Part shown: in pieces, positions 10,133 through 19,591 of the stretch | Layout: every line of letters begins with the position of its first letter | Position numbering within the stretch: the first letter of the stretch is position 1 | From: Cyclobacteriaceae bacterium | GTDB lineage: Bacteria; Bacteroidota; Bacteroidia; Cytophagales; Cyclobacteriaceae | Direction of reading: 5' to 3' | Assembly: GCA_046155095.1 (NCBI GenBank) | Contig: JBJXEB010000112.1 | Span: 26,321-90,320, forward strand | Length of the DNA stretch: 64,000 nt | Notes under the pieces: model-generated | Told to the model about the DNA's origin: nothing | Databases searched by the model: none | Seen by the model: only the letters and a program-made list of their open reading frames with translations | Translations under genes and position numbers: made by a program

Positions 10133-10776
10133 TGTTGACCATAATAGACTATGGCGTAGGTAATTTATCTTCAATTCGGAATATGCTTAAGAAGATAGGA
10201 GCACCTTGCCGTATTAGTACTTCTATATCTGATGTAGTTGGGGCTGAGAAGTTAATCTTGCCAGGTGTCGGAGCCTTTGATACTTGCGCAAGCAAACTCA
10301 GGCAATCTGGTTTGATTGATACCCTTACTCAAAAAGTACTGCACGAACATACCCCGTTGCTAGGTGTGTGTGTCGGTATGCAATTATTGATGGAAAAAAG
10401 CGAGGAGGGTACACTCCCTGGCTTAGGTTGGATCAAAGGGTCCAATGTTAGATTTAAGCTAGAAATGGGAAATCAAAATTTGAAAGTCCCTCATATGGGT
10501 TGGACGGATGTTGTATTAAGCAAAGAATCGAGACTTTTTGATGAAATCACTGAAGATCCGCGCTTTTATTTTGTTCATTCGTATCACCCTATGTTAACTA
10601 ATAAGGAAGACGAATTAGTAAGTGCTCATTATGGTTATACCTTTACCGCTGGTATTGAGCGTAATAATATTTTGGGTGTACAATTTCACCCCGAAAAAAG
10701 TCATAGATTTGGAATTCGCTTGTTGGATAATTTCGTAAACAAGTATTACCCTAATAAACTGGAAGGTACTCAATGA
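10132..10776 (+). CDS. hisH: HisH-like class I glutaminase subunit (WbuY/HisH2 type)
   Basis: LILPGVGAF, GVCVGMQ, VPHMGW, FYFVHSY, and GVQFHPEKS. Confidence 0.9.
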   Translation: MLTIIDYGVGNLSSIRNMLKKIGAPCRISTSISDVVGAEKLILPGVGAFDTCASKLRQSGLIDTLTQKVLHEHTPLLGVCVGMQLLMEKSEEGTLPGLGWIKGSNVRFKLEMGNQNLKVPHMGWTDVVLSKESRLFDEITEDPRFYFVHSYHPMLTNKEDELVSAHYGYTFTAGIERNNILGVQFHPEKSHRFGIRLLDNFVNKYYPNKLEGTQ

Positions 10777-11795
10777 ATATGTTTAAGAACAAAACTTTAT
10801 TAATTACTGGAGGAACAGGTTCTTTTGGAAATGCAGTATTAAAAAAATTCTTAAAATCTGATTTTAATGAAATTAGAATTTTTAGCAGAGATGAAAAGAA
10901 ACAGGATGACATGCGGTCTGAATACAGCAATGAGAATATCAAGTACTACATTGGCGATATACGTGACTATAATAGTATTAATAATGCTGTTATAGGAGTA
11001 GACTACATCTTTCATGCTGCTGCTTTAAAGCAAGTTCCTTCATGCGAGTTCTATCCTATGGAAGCTGTTCGTACTAATATTCTTGGCGCTGAAAATGTAC
11101 TTCAGGCTGCTTTGCAAAATAACGTTCAAAAGGTAATCGTTTTAAGCACTGATAAAGCGGCTTATCCAATTAACGCAATGGGGCTGACAAAGGCTTTGAT
11201 GGAGAAATTGATGGTGGCTAAATCCAGATTATTAAATGATACAGGCCGGGTATTTTGCGCAACAAGATATGGAAACGTGATGGCTTCTAGAGGGTCTGTG
11301 ATCCCTTTGTTTATTAAGCAGATTAAGGAAGGGAAGCCCCTTACTATAACGGAGCCAACAATGACGCGATTTATGATGTCACTTGATCAATCTGTGGAAT
11401 TAGTTGAATACGCCTTTTTAAATGCAAAACCCGGAGATATTTTTGTCCAAAAGGCATCCGCCAGCACATTATTGGATTTGGCTATTGCTTTAAAGGAAAT
11501 TTTTAGTGCAAAGAATGAAATTGTCACAATAGGCACACGCCATGGTGAAAAACTATTCGAGACTTTATGCACAAGAGAGGAGATAGCAAAAGCGGAAGAT
11601 TTGGGAGGATATTATAGGATTCCTTCAGATAACAGAGATTTGAACTATTCTAAATATTTTTCTGAAGGAGAAAAAAATATTGCTAATGTAGAAGACTATA
11701 ACTCTAATAACGCAAATTTACTGACACCAAGCGAAACAAAGGATTTATTGCTCTCCTTAGACTATGTACAAAATGAATTGAGAACTTCTAAATAG
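10773..11795 (+). CDS. fnlA: UDP-GlcNAc 4,6-dehydratase/epimerase, FnlA/WbjB/CapE type
   Basis: GGTGSFG, FSRDEKKQDDMR, HAAALKQVPSCEFYP, and TRYGNVMASRGSVIP. Confidence 0.9.
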   Translation: MNMFKNKTLLITGGTGSFGNAVLKKFLKSDFNEIRIFSRDEKKQDDMRSEYSNENIKYYIGDIRDYNSINNAVIGVDYIFHAAALKQVPSCEFYPMEAVRTNILGAENVLQAALQNNVQKVIVLSTDKAAYPINAMGLTKALMEKLMVAKSRLLNDTGRVFCATRYGNVMASRGSVIPLFIKQIKEGKPLTITEPTMTRFMMSLDQSVELVEYAFLNAKPGDIFVQKASASTLLDLAIALKEIFSAKNEIVTIGTRHGEKLFETLCTREEIAKAEDLGGYYRIPSDNRDLNYSKYFSEGEKNIANVEDYNSNNANLLTPSETKDLLLSLDYVQNELRTSK

Positions 11796-11797
11796 TA

Positions 11798-12907
11798 TTG
11801 ATGAAGATTTTAGTAACAGGAGTACAAGGATTTGTTGGGAAGAATTTGTTGGAACACCTTCGGCAAAATAAGGACGTGACTTTATATTCCATAAGTCGGG
11901 AAACAAATAAGCATACTGCATTAAAATACATTCGAGAATCAGATGTAGTGTTTCATCTTGCGGGAGTAAATCGCCCGGTCAACCAAGAGGATTTTATAAC
12001 GGATAATCTAACGCTTACTGAGTTTATCGTAACCGAATTGGAGCGAAAAGAAGCACCTTATCAATTTCATTACGCTTCGTCTACACAAGCTGCTTTAAAT
12101 AGTCCCTATGGCCTAAGCAAGAAGGCCGCTGAAGATTTTTTATTTAATTCTGTAAAGGAAGGTCAAGTATTTATTTATCGCTTTCCTGGGATTTTTGGTA
12201 AGTGGTGTAAGCCGTACTACAACTCTGTCGTAGCAACTTTTTGCCATAACACAGCGCATGATATCCCTTTGGAGATAAGTGATCCTTCAAAGATTCTTCA
12301 TTTAATGTACATTGATGATGTAGTGAAAAAGATGCTTGATTTTTCAAAGGCTCCTTTTCAAAAAGGTAAGGTGTTGTTTGCGGATATTAGGCCCGTTTAC
12401 GAGGTATCGTTAGATAGCTTAGCTAAAGCTTTAAATTCATTTAAACTGTCACGAGAGACACTGATGATCCCTTCGGTGGATGATGATTTTGTTAAAAAGC
12501 TCTATTCTACTTATCTTTCATATCTACCGATAAATAAATTTAGCTATAACTTAAATTTGAGAACTGACGAAAGGGGCTCCTTATTTGAATTACTAAAGAC
12601 AACTGGATCCGGACAGATTTTTGTATCAACAACTCATCCTGGCATTACACGCGGTAATCATTATCACCATCTTAAAACTGAAAAGTTTTGTGTAATTGCC
12701 GGAGATGGAGTGATTAGATTTCGGAAGATTGGGACTAGTGAGATAATTGAATATAAAGTTTCAGGCATCGATCCACAGGTTCTGGATATTCCACCAGGAT
12801 ATACCCACAATATAACCAATATAGGTACTTCAGAAATGATAACCCTTTTTTGGGCAAATGAGATTTTTAATCCGGAACAGCCTGATACCTTTTTTGAAAA
12901 AGTCTAG
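11798..12907 (+). CDS. fnlB: FnlB/WbjC/CapF SDR reductase with C-terminal cupin
   Basis: HLAGVNRP, FGKWCKPYYNSVVATFCHN, TRGNHYHHLKTEKF, and IPPGYTHNI. Confidence 0.9.
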   Translation: MMKILVTGVQGFVGKNLLEHLRQNKDVTLYSISRETNKHTALKYIRESDVVFHLAGVNRPVNQEDFITDNLTLTEFIVTELERKEAPYQFHYASSTQAALNSPYGLSKKAAEDFLFNSVKEGQVFIYRFPGIFGKWCKPYYNSVVATFCHNTAHDIPLEISDPSKILHLMYIDDVVKKMLDFSKAPFQKGKVLFADIRPVYEVSLDSLAKALNSFKLSRETLMIPSVDDDFVKKLYSTYLSYLPINKFSYNLNLRTDERGSLFELLKTTGSGQIFVSTTHPGITRGNHYHHLKTEKFCVIAGDGVIRFRKIGTSEIIEYKVSGIDPQVLDIPPGYTHNITNIGTSEMITLFWANEIFNPEQPDTFFEKV

Positions 12908-14041
12908 ATGAAAAAAATAAAAGTAATTACCATAGTTGGTACCAGGCCAGAGTTAATAAGGCTCTCAAGAGTTATTGCAAAATTGAAGAAAGCAATAGCA
13001 ATTGAACATGTTTTGGTTCATACGGGGCAGAACTATGATTATGAGCTAAATCAAATTTTTTTTGATGATTTAAATTTACCAAAGCCTGATTATTTCCTTG
13101 ATGCTGCAGATCAAACCGCAACAAAAACTATTGGTAAAATACTTATAGCTGTTGACGATTTGTTGTTGAAAGAAAATCCGGATGCCCTATTGGTTCTTGG
13201 AGATACGAATAGCTGTCTGAGTGCGATACCTGCAAAAAAGAGGCATATACCGATCTTTCATATGGAAGCTGGAAACAGATGTTTTGATCAGCGAGTTCCA
13301 GAAGAAACAAATAGAAAGATAGTTGATCACATATCGGATATTAATTTAACTTATTCGGATATAGCTCGTGAATATCTTTTGCGAGAGGGCTTACCAGCAG
13401 ACCGAATTATAAAAACAGGTAGCCCGATGTACGAAGTTCTTGACTTCTATAAGGCAAAAATTGAAAAGTCCTCCATATTAAGCCAACTTAATTTGTTGAA
13501 AGAAAATTATTTTCTTGTAAGTTGTCATCGAGAGGAAAATGTGAATAATGATTCAAGCTTTAAAAACTTGATACAAACACTCAATATTCTTGAATCCAAG
13601 TATCAATTGCCAATTATAGTGTCAACCCATCCAAGGACGCAAAAAATCCTTGAGAAGAATAACTTATCGGGATCGTCATTGATTAGATTCTTGAAGCCTT
13701 TTGGTTTTACTGACTATAACGCATTGCAGATGAGTGCAAAAGCGGTTTTATCCGACAGTGGTACGATCTCAGAAGAATCTTCCATCCTGGGTTTCCCTGC
13801 TTTGAACATAAGGCAGGCACATGAACGACCAGAGGCTATGGAAGAGGCTTCAGTTATGATGACAGGTTTAAATGCAGATCGAATACTTCAGGGAATTGAA
13901 ACTTTAAGTTACGAGATGCAAAGCGGCATAGAATTTAAGCGCGTACAAGACTATTCTATGCCTAATGTTTCTGATAAAGTAATTAGAATTATTGTCTCAT
14001 ACGTTGACTATATAAAAAGAGTTGTATGGCAAAATGAATAA
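12908..14041 (+). CDS. fnlC: FnlC/WbjD/CapG UDP-2-acetamido-2,6-dideoxy-L-talose 2-epimerase
   Basis: GTRPELIRLS, HTGQNYDYEL, HMEAGNRCFD.RVPEETNR, and SDSGTISEES; third gene of the fnlABC order. Confidence 0.88.
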   Translation: MKKIKVITIVGTRPELIRLSRVIAKLKKAIAIEHVLVHTGQNYDYELNQIFFDDLNLPKPDYFLDAADQTATKTIGKILIAVDDLLLKENPDALLVLGDTNSCLSAIPAKKRHIPIFHMEAGNRCFDQRVPEETNRKIVDHISDINLTYSDIAREYLLREGLPADRIIKTGSPMYEVLDFYKAKIEKSSILSQLNLLKENYFLVSCHREENVNNDSSFKNLIQTLNILESKYQLPIIVSTHPRTQKILEKNNLSGSSLIRFLKPFGFTDYNALQMSAKAVLSDSGTISEESSILGFPALNIRQAHERPEAMEEASVMMTGLNADRILQGIETLSYEMQSGIEFKRVQDYSMPNVSDKVIRIIVSYVDYIKRVVWQNE

Positions 14042-14777
14042 GATGAAAAAGAGAATAAGAGATTTTGTATTAAGAAATTTTTCAATAAAAGGATTTGTAT
14101 TTTTAATTATCCTTAAAAATGTTCTTAGGGGTAAAAAACCAAATCGGTTCATGGATGTCAATGGGATTTTTCATATCCTATCGAGAAACAAGGATCTGTT
14201 TTTTATTCAAATCGGATCGAACGATGGTGTTACTAACGATCCTATTAGACCTTTCATACTAAAATATCGGTGGAGTGGAATTTTAGTTGAACCTATCCCT
14301 AACATTTTTCAAAAACTCGTAGAAAATTATAAGGATTCGCCTAACCTTAAATTTGAAAATGTAGGTATTGGTGATAAAAACGAAATGCTCCCTTTTTATG
14401 CCCTGCCTGCAGAGATAAACGAACCAGATTGGTTACAGCAAATAGGTTCTTTTAGTAAAGAAGCCTTTGTTAAAAATGCTTCTGTTATTCCGGGGTTAAC
14501 GGAAAAAATGATCATTCAGAATTTTCACGTCATAAAGTGGAGTGAACTTCTGAAGAGAAATGATGTTAAAGCTATTGATCTTTTAAACATTGATGCTGAA
14601 GGATTTGAATATATAATTTTGAAACAATTAAAGGAAGGACATATTTTGCCAAAAATGATTCTGTTTGAATGGGGCAGTATGGATGATCATGATTTCAGCA
14701 AGACAAACGATTTGCTAAGAAGCATGAATTATAAGTTATATAATAGCGGTGGAGACGTGCTTTGTGTTCAGGCTTAA
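14034..14777 (+). CDS. FkbM family methyltransferase
   Basis: FIQIGSNDG, GILVEP, and IDLLNIDAEGFE; start could be 14022, 14034 or 14043. Confidence 0.85.
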   Translation: MNKMKKRIRDFVLRNFSIKGFVFLIILKNVLRGKKPNRFMDVNGIFHILSRNKDLFFIQIGSNDGVTNDPIRPFILKYRWSGILVEPIPNIFQKLVENYKDSPNLKFENVGIGDKNEMLPFYALPAEINEPDWLQQIGSFSKEAFVKNASVIPGLTEKMIIQNFHVIKWSELLKRNDVKAIDLLNIDAEGFEYIILKQLKEGHILPKMILFEWGSMDDHDFSKTNDLLRSMNYKLYNSGGDVLCVQA

Positions 14778-14790
14778 TTCATGTTAATTT

Positions 14791-16149
14791 ATGATTCAAC
14801 TAAAACCATTTGTTGACATCAAAATAAATTGCCCTTCTTGCAAAAATTTAATTGAAGTTGATGATTGGAAAATGACAGGTATGCATGCAATCTGTTCGGG
14901 ATCATGTAAAAACTGTAAAAGAAATTTTATTCAAGAGCTTCCTGTAAATGCAGGTTTGTTCTATCCAGGAATTGTTGACGAAGAATCAGGTAATAGGTGT
15001 GATGATCTGCCATTTGACAATTGGTATCTAAATGGTTTTGTAAAGGCCTTTAATAGCCGAAGTAAAGAAAAAGTTAATATTAAAATTATTGAAAATAAAC
15101 CGCTGGGGACTGGGCCATTGCTTTTGCTCAATACCATCGATGCCACTTATGGCCATGCTTTATATGAATTGTTTAATTGCTCCTATTACCTTACCCGAAG
15201 AGAGTTTGAACTTGTTTTAATTGTTCAGAAAGACCTTCTTTGGCTTGTTCCTGAAAATATTCCTCATATATGGGTTGTCGATATTTCGTTTGGGCAAGCG
15301 ATAAATTGGTACGAGGACCTTGCGGATAAAGTAAAGAAATTAGTTGAAAACAATAGTCACGTATACTTGTGTCGCTCATTTGTTCAAGCAGATTCATCGG
15401 ATTTTGATATTTATGATTATTCAAAGATAAAACCCTTCCCTTTAGAGAAGTGGGACGAATTGTTAACAAAGCCAACGGTTACTTTTATTTGGCGAACAGA
15501 TCGTTTCTGGAAACGGGTACTACCAAAGTGGATAGACAATCGAATAAGCCGAAGGCTTTTTCCTTCGCTACTTAATAGGGTTAGAAACTGGCTTCAGTTT
15601 CAATGGGTTATTCGCTTTTCAGGAGCTTTAAAGTCATCAATCCCCAGCGTTGATTTTGCTATTGCAGGAATGGACAGCCGTGATTTTGCCTTGCCCAAAT
15701 GGATAAAGGATTATCGATATGAAAAACATTCGGACGAAACAGCGCGAGAACAATGCCAGCGGTACGCTAACAGTCACTTAGTAGTAGGATGCAATGGGTC
15801 CTCTTTGTTACTTCCAGGATGTCACGCTGGCGCAGTAGTAAATATAGTTCCAGGAGATCATTGGGCTGTTTCCGCTGGGACTTTTGCTTACCGGATTACG
15901 AGTGTTGGCGATACCCACTTTCGCTATCAGATGGTTCCAGAGGAAGTCCCGATTCAAAGAATAGTAAAAATCATGACTTCAATTTTAAGAGATCGATCTT
16001 ACATTCTTCTCCAGACTTCTTCTCCATGGCGTGATCATAACTCTGACCAAGACTCGTTTGCATGGAGTAATTTCAGATTAAAAGCGTTTAAATTGCTTAA
16101 GTATTTTAAGCCAGATTCGGGATTGATAACTAGGCCAAAGAGTAAGTGA
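14791..16149 (+). CDS. Hypothetical protein: N-terminal CxxC/CxxC zinc ribbon plus possible divergent GT61-like domain
   Basis: CPSC..(x19)..CKNC at the N-terminus; YGHALYE and HLVVGCNGSSLLL...GAVVNIVP resemble GT61/DUF563 motifs. Confidence 0.45.
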   Translation: MIQLKPFVDIKINCPSCKNLIEVDDWKMTGMHAICSGSCKNCKRNFIQELPVNAGLFYPGIVDEESGNRCDDLPFDNWYLNGFVKAFNSRSKEKVNIKIIENKPLGTGPLLLLNTIDATYGHALYELFNCSYYLTRREFELVLIVQKDLLWLVPENIPHIWVVDISFGQAINWYEDLADKVKKLVENNSHVYLCRSFVQADSSDFDIYDYSKIKPFPLEKWDELLTKPTVTFIWRTDRFWKRVLPKWIDNRISRRLFPSLLNRVRNWLQFQWVIRFSGALKSSIPSVDFAIAGMDSRDFALPKWIKDYRYEKHSDETAREQCQRYANSHLVVGCNGSSLLLPGCHAGAVVNIVPGDHWAVSAGTFAYRITSVGDTHFRYQMVPEEVPIQRIVKIMTSILRDRSYILLQTSSPWRDHNSDQDSFAWSNFRLKAFKLLKYFKPDSGLITRPKSK

Positions 16150-16925
16150 GTATGAAACGAATCCGAGTAATCCCCGCCCTATTAATCCAAGATGGTGGCT
16201 TAGTAAAATCCATAAGATTTAAAGATCACAAATATGTAGGCGACCCTATCAACGCAGTAAAAATATTCAACGAGAAGGAAGTTGATGAAATTGTAATACT
16301 CGATATCTCCGCTACGGCAGAAAAGAAAGCCCCCAATATTTCAAGTATTAAGGAAATAGCAAGTGAGGCTTTTATGCCCCTGGGTTATGGTGGGGGAATT
16401 ACAAAGCTGGAAGAAATCAAGGAACTCATAACTGCAGGGGTTGAAAAGGTAATCTTGAACACCAGTGCTTTTGAAAATCCTAAGTTGGTAAGCGAGGGAG
16501 CTAAATATGTAGGCAGCCAAAGCGTGGTTGTTTCCATCGATGTAAAAAAAAATATTTGGGGTAAGTATAAGGTATTCGTTCGAAACGGGACTAAGAATAC
16601 GGATATTGACCCGGCACAGTATGCCCGGCAGATGGAACAAGCAGGAGCAGGAGAGTTATTACTAAATGCAATCGATAAGGATGGTACTTTTAGCGGGTAT
16701 GATGTCGATTTATTAAAGTCGATCAGTTCGATTGTAAACATTCCCGTTGTGGCCATTGGTGGTGCTGCTACGGTTGACGATTTTGCAAAAGCAGTCCAAT
16801 CAGGGGCATCAGCGGTGTCGGCAGGCAGTATGTTTGTATTCCAGCGTCCGCATCGCGCAGTTTTAATCAGCTATCCATCGCAGAAAGAACTAAAAGAAAA
16901 GCTATTTTTGCAAGTTAACAAGTAG
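16146..16925 (+). CDS. hisF: HisF-like cyclase-fold subunit (WbuZ/HisF2/AglZ type)
   Basis: RVIPALLI...LVKS..F, YVGDPINAVKIFNEKEVDE, GYGGGI, and DKDGTFSGYD. Confidence 0.9.
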   Translation: MSMKRIRVIPALLIQDGGLVKSIRFKDHKYVGDPINAVKIFNEKEVDEIVILDISATAEKKAPNISSIKEIASEAFMPLGYGGGITKLEEIKELITAGVEKVILNTSAFENPKLVSEGAKYVGSQSVVVSIDVKKNIWGKYKVFVRNGTKNTDIDPAQYARQMEQAGAGELLLNAIDKDGTFSGYDVDLLKSISSIVNIPVVAIGGAATVDDFAKAVQSGASAVSAGSMFVFQRPHRAVLISYPSQKELKEKLFLQVNK

Positions 16926-16935
16926 TTTGGGATTT

Positions 16936-18078
16936 ATGGTTTTGCATAAAAGTGATCCAAAATATCAGCAGTGCACACTTACAGTAATGGACAACATTGC
17001 CGATCGGGATATTACGTTCGATAAAAAGGGTATTTGCAATTATTATTACGACTACGAAGAGGCAGAGAAAAGCTTAGTTACAGGAACGGCTGGGGAGGAA
17101 AAACTTAAACAATTAGCAAATTCCATAAAAGCAAAAGGTATTGGAAAAAAGTATGATTGCCTGATTGGCTTGAGTGGGGGTGTGGATAGCACGTATGTTG
17201 CGTACTTAGTAAAGAAACTAGGGCTTCGTCCGCTGGCCGTCCATTTAGACAACGGATGGAATTCAGAACTTGCTGTTAAGAACATTGAGAACATTATCAG
17301 CAAATTGAACATTGACCTCTATACATTGGTGGTCAATTGGCAGGAGTTTAAAGATATTCAGCTTTCCTATTTAAAAGCTTCCGTTGTTGACATTGAAGTG
17401 GTCTCTGATCACGCCATTTTTGCAACCATGTATAAGTTGGCCAAGCAGCACAACATTAGCTACATCATCAGCGGAACAAACATCGTTACAGAGCATATCA
17501 TGCCCCCGAGTTGGCTCTATAGGAAAATGGATTTTGATAACCTTAACGATATCCATAATCAATATGGAAAAGTTAAAATCAAAACTTATCCTTATTTTGA
17601 TTTTAAAAAATACGTGTACTATTCTGCTGTTTTGCGGTTAACACCCATTTCTATTCTCAACTATGTTCCGTACAACAAACAGGAAATAAAGCAATTCATA
17701 ACCAAAGAACTCGACTGGCGAGATTACGGTGGTAAGCATTATGAATCTACGTTTACCAAATTTTATCAAGCCTACATTTTACCAGAAAAATTTAAGATCG
17801 ATAAACGCAAAGCCCACCTGTCTACATTAATTTGCTCTGGACAAATAACGAAAGAAGAGGCATTGAAAGAATTGGAACTTCCGTTGTATAAACCAGAAGA
17901 ATTAAAACAAGACATAGAATACGTGCTAAAGAAATTTGGGTGGACGGCAAGTGAATTTGGTGCCATCATGAAGGCAGCGCCACGTAAGCACGAAGAATTT
18001 AAAACGGATTCAACACGAAAACAAAGTTATATGCGCCTTTTGCAGAAGACGCAGAAGCTGCGCAAGGTTTTTAAATGA
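16936..18078 (+). CDS. N-acetyl-sugar amidotransferase (WbuX/WbpG/PseA-like)
   Basis: YDCLIGLSGGVDS PP-loop, HLDNGWNSE, WRDYGGKHYES, and IDKRKAHLS; the ORF track starts at TTG 16927. Confidence 0.88.
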   Translation: MVLHKSDPKYQQCTLTVMDNIADRDITFDKKGICNYYYDYEEAEKSLVTGTAGEEKLKQLANSIKAKGIGKKYDCLIGLSGGVDSTYVAYLVKKLGLRPLAVHLDNGWNSELAVKNIENIISKLNIDLYTLVVNWQEFKDIQLSYLKASVVDIEVVSDHAIFATMYKLAKQHNISYIISGTNIVTEHIMPPSWLYRKMDFDNLNDIHNQYGKVKIKTYPYFDFKKYVYYSAVLRLTPISILNYVPYNKQEIKQFITKELDWRDYGGKHYESTFTKFYQAYILPEKFKIDKRKAHLSTLICSGQITKEEALKELELPLYKPEELKQDIEYVLKKFGWTASEFGAIMKAAPRKHEEFKTDSTRKQSYMRLLQKTQKLRKVFK

Positions 18079-18091
18079 TCATAAGACAAGA

Positions 18092-19105
18092 ATGGCATCG
18101 AAAGTAAAATTTGGTATTGTAGGCTGCGGTCGGATAGCCCAACGCCATGCAGAGCACATCAACAATAAAGGTGAACTGGTTGCCGTGTGTGATGACATAG
18201 AAGAAAAGGCCGATCAAATGGCAGTTCAATACAAAGCAAAAGCTTATTATAACATTGATGATTTGCTTGCTAATGAAAAGGGAATTGACGTTGTGGCAAT
18301 CTGTTCACCTAATGGTTTGCATGCTGACCACTCCATCAAAGCACTACATGCTGGTTTCCATGCCTTATGTGAAAAGCCAATGGCAATTTCGGTTTATGAT
18401 TGTGGCCGGATGATACAAGCAGCTGAGAAGTCTAATAAACGCTTATTTGCCATCAAGCAAAACCGATACAATCCACCTGTTGCTGCTGTAAAAAAGATTA
18501 TTGATGAAGGAAGGTTGGGTAAGATCATGAGCGTGCAGCTTTCATGCTTTTGGAACAGAAACCCGGATTACTACAAAAATTCATGGAAGGGAACTTTGAA
18601 TTTAGATGGAGGAACCTTGTACACACAGTTTAGCCATTTTGTGGATTTATTGTATTGGCTGGTAGGTGATGTGAAAAACGTACAAGCTTACGTAGGAAAT
18701 TTTGATCACAAAGGGATCATCGAGTTTGAGGATACGGGCGTAGTGATTATGGAATTTCAAAACGGAGCTATTGGTACGATTAACTATACTGTGAACAGCT
18801 ACCAAAAAAATATGGAAGGCTCTCTTACATTGTTTGGTGAAAAAGGCACCGTTAAAATTGGTGGACAATACCTGAATGAATTAGAGTATCAAAATATTGA
18901 GGGCTACAAAATTGAGAACCTAACAGAAGGAAATAAACCTAATAACTACGGCAATTACTTAGGCTCCATGAGCAACCACGACAAGGTGTATGATAACCTT
19001 ATCGAAGTTTTGCAAAACAACGCATCCATCACCACCAATTCATTTGAAGGATTAAAGACAGTGGAGATTATCGAAAAAATTTATAAAGCCGCTGTACAGG
19101 TATGA
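18092..19105 (+). CDS. Gfo/Idh/MocA oxidoreductase, WbpB/WlbA-like sugar 3-dehydrogenase
   Basis: GIVGCGRIA, CEKPMA, KQNRYNPPV, DGGTLYTQFSHFVD, and YQKNMEGS. Confidence 0.85.
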   Translation: MASKVKFGIVGCGRIAQRHAEHINNKGELVAVCDDIEEKADQMAVQYKAKAYYNIDDLLANEKGIDVVAICSPNGLHADHSIKALHAGFHALCEKPMAISVYDCGRMIQAAEKSNKRLFAIKQNRYNPPVAAVKKIIDEGRLGKIMSVQLSCFWNRNPDYYKNSWKGTLNLDGGTLYTQFSHFVDLLYWLVGDVKNVQAYVGNFDHKGIIEFEDTGVVIMEFQNGAIGTINYTVNSYQKNMEGSLTLFGEKGTVKIGGQYLNELEYQNIEGYKIENLTEGNKPNNYGNYLGSMSNHDKVYDNLIEVLQNNASITTNSFEGLKTVEIIEKIYKAAVQV

Positions 19106-19575
19106 GCGAACCAATCCGGCTAAAAGCTCAGATAATAGATGTGAAATTTGGAGAGCAGGTGAAAATGGTAGACCCTGTTAATCTCTATGGATGTTCTATT
19201 GATTCGAATTGCTTTATCGGACCGTTTGTCGAAATACAAAATAACGTGCTGATTGGTAAAAGAACCAAAGTGCAATCACATACTTTTATTTGTAGTCTGG
19301 TGACTATTGGAGATGATTGTTTTATCAGCCATGGTGTAATGTTTATCAATGATTTGTTTAGCAATGGCAGTCCCGCTATGGGCGACCAGTCCAAATGGAA
19401 AACTACGCGTATTGGTAACCACGTATCCATTGGTTCAAACGCCACACTACTGCCAGTTACCATTTGCGATGACGTAGTAATTGGTGCAGGGGCGGTGGTT
19501 ACTAAAGATATTACCAAACCCGGAGTTTATGCAGGTAACCCGGCTAAAATAATTCGAACGTTGAAATCTAAGTAA
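19102..19575 (+). CDS. Hexapeptide-repeat N-acetyltransferase, WbpD/WlbB-like
   Basis: NLYGCSID..CFIGPFVEIQ, VMFIND, SIGSNAT, and GNPAK. Confidence 0.85.
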   Translation: MSEPIRLKAQIIDVKFGEQVKMVDPVNLYGCSIDSNCFIGPFVEIQNNVLIGKRTKVQSHTFICSLVTIGDDCFISHGVMFINDLFSNGSPAMGDQSKWKTTRIGNHVSIGSNATLLPVTICDDVVIGAGAVVTKDITKPGVYAGNPAKIIRTLKSK

Positions 19576-19591
19576 ACTATATTCTCGGCTC

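Noticed and set aside
10132-16925. Histidine biosynthesis hisH/hisF
   Set aside because: No other his genes are present, and the HisF carries the HisF2/WbuZ-type YVGDPINAVKIFNEKEVDE signature next to a sugar amidotransferase.
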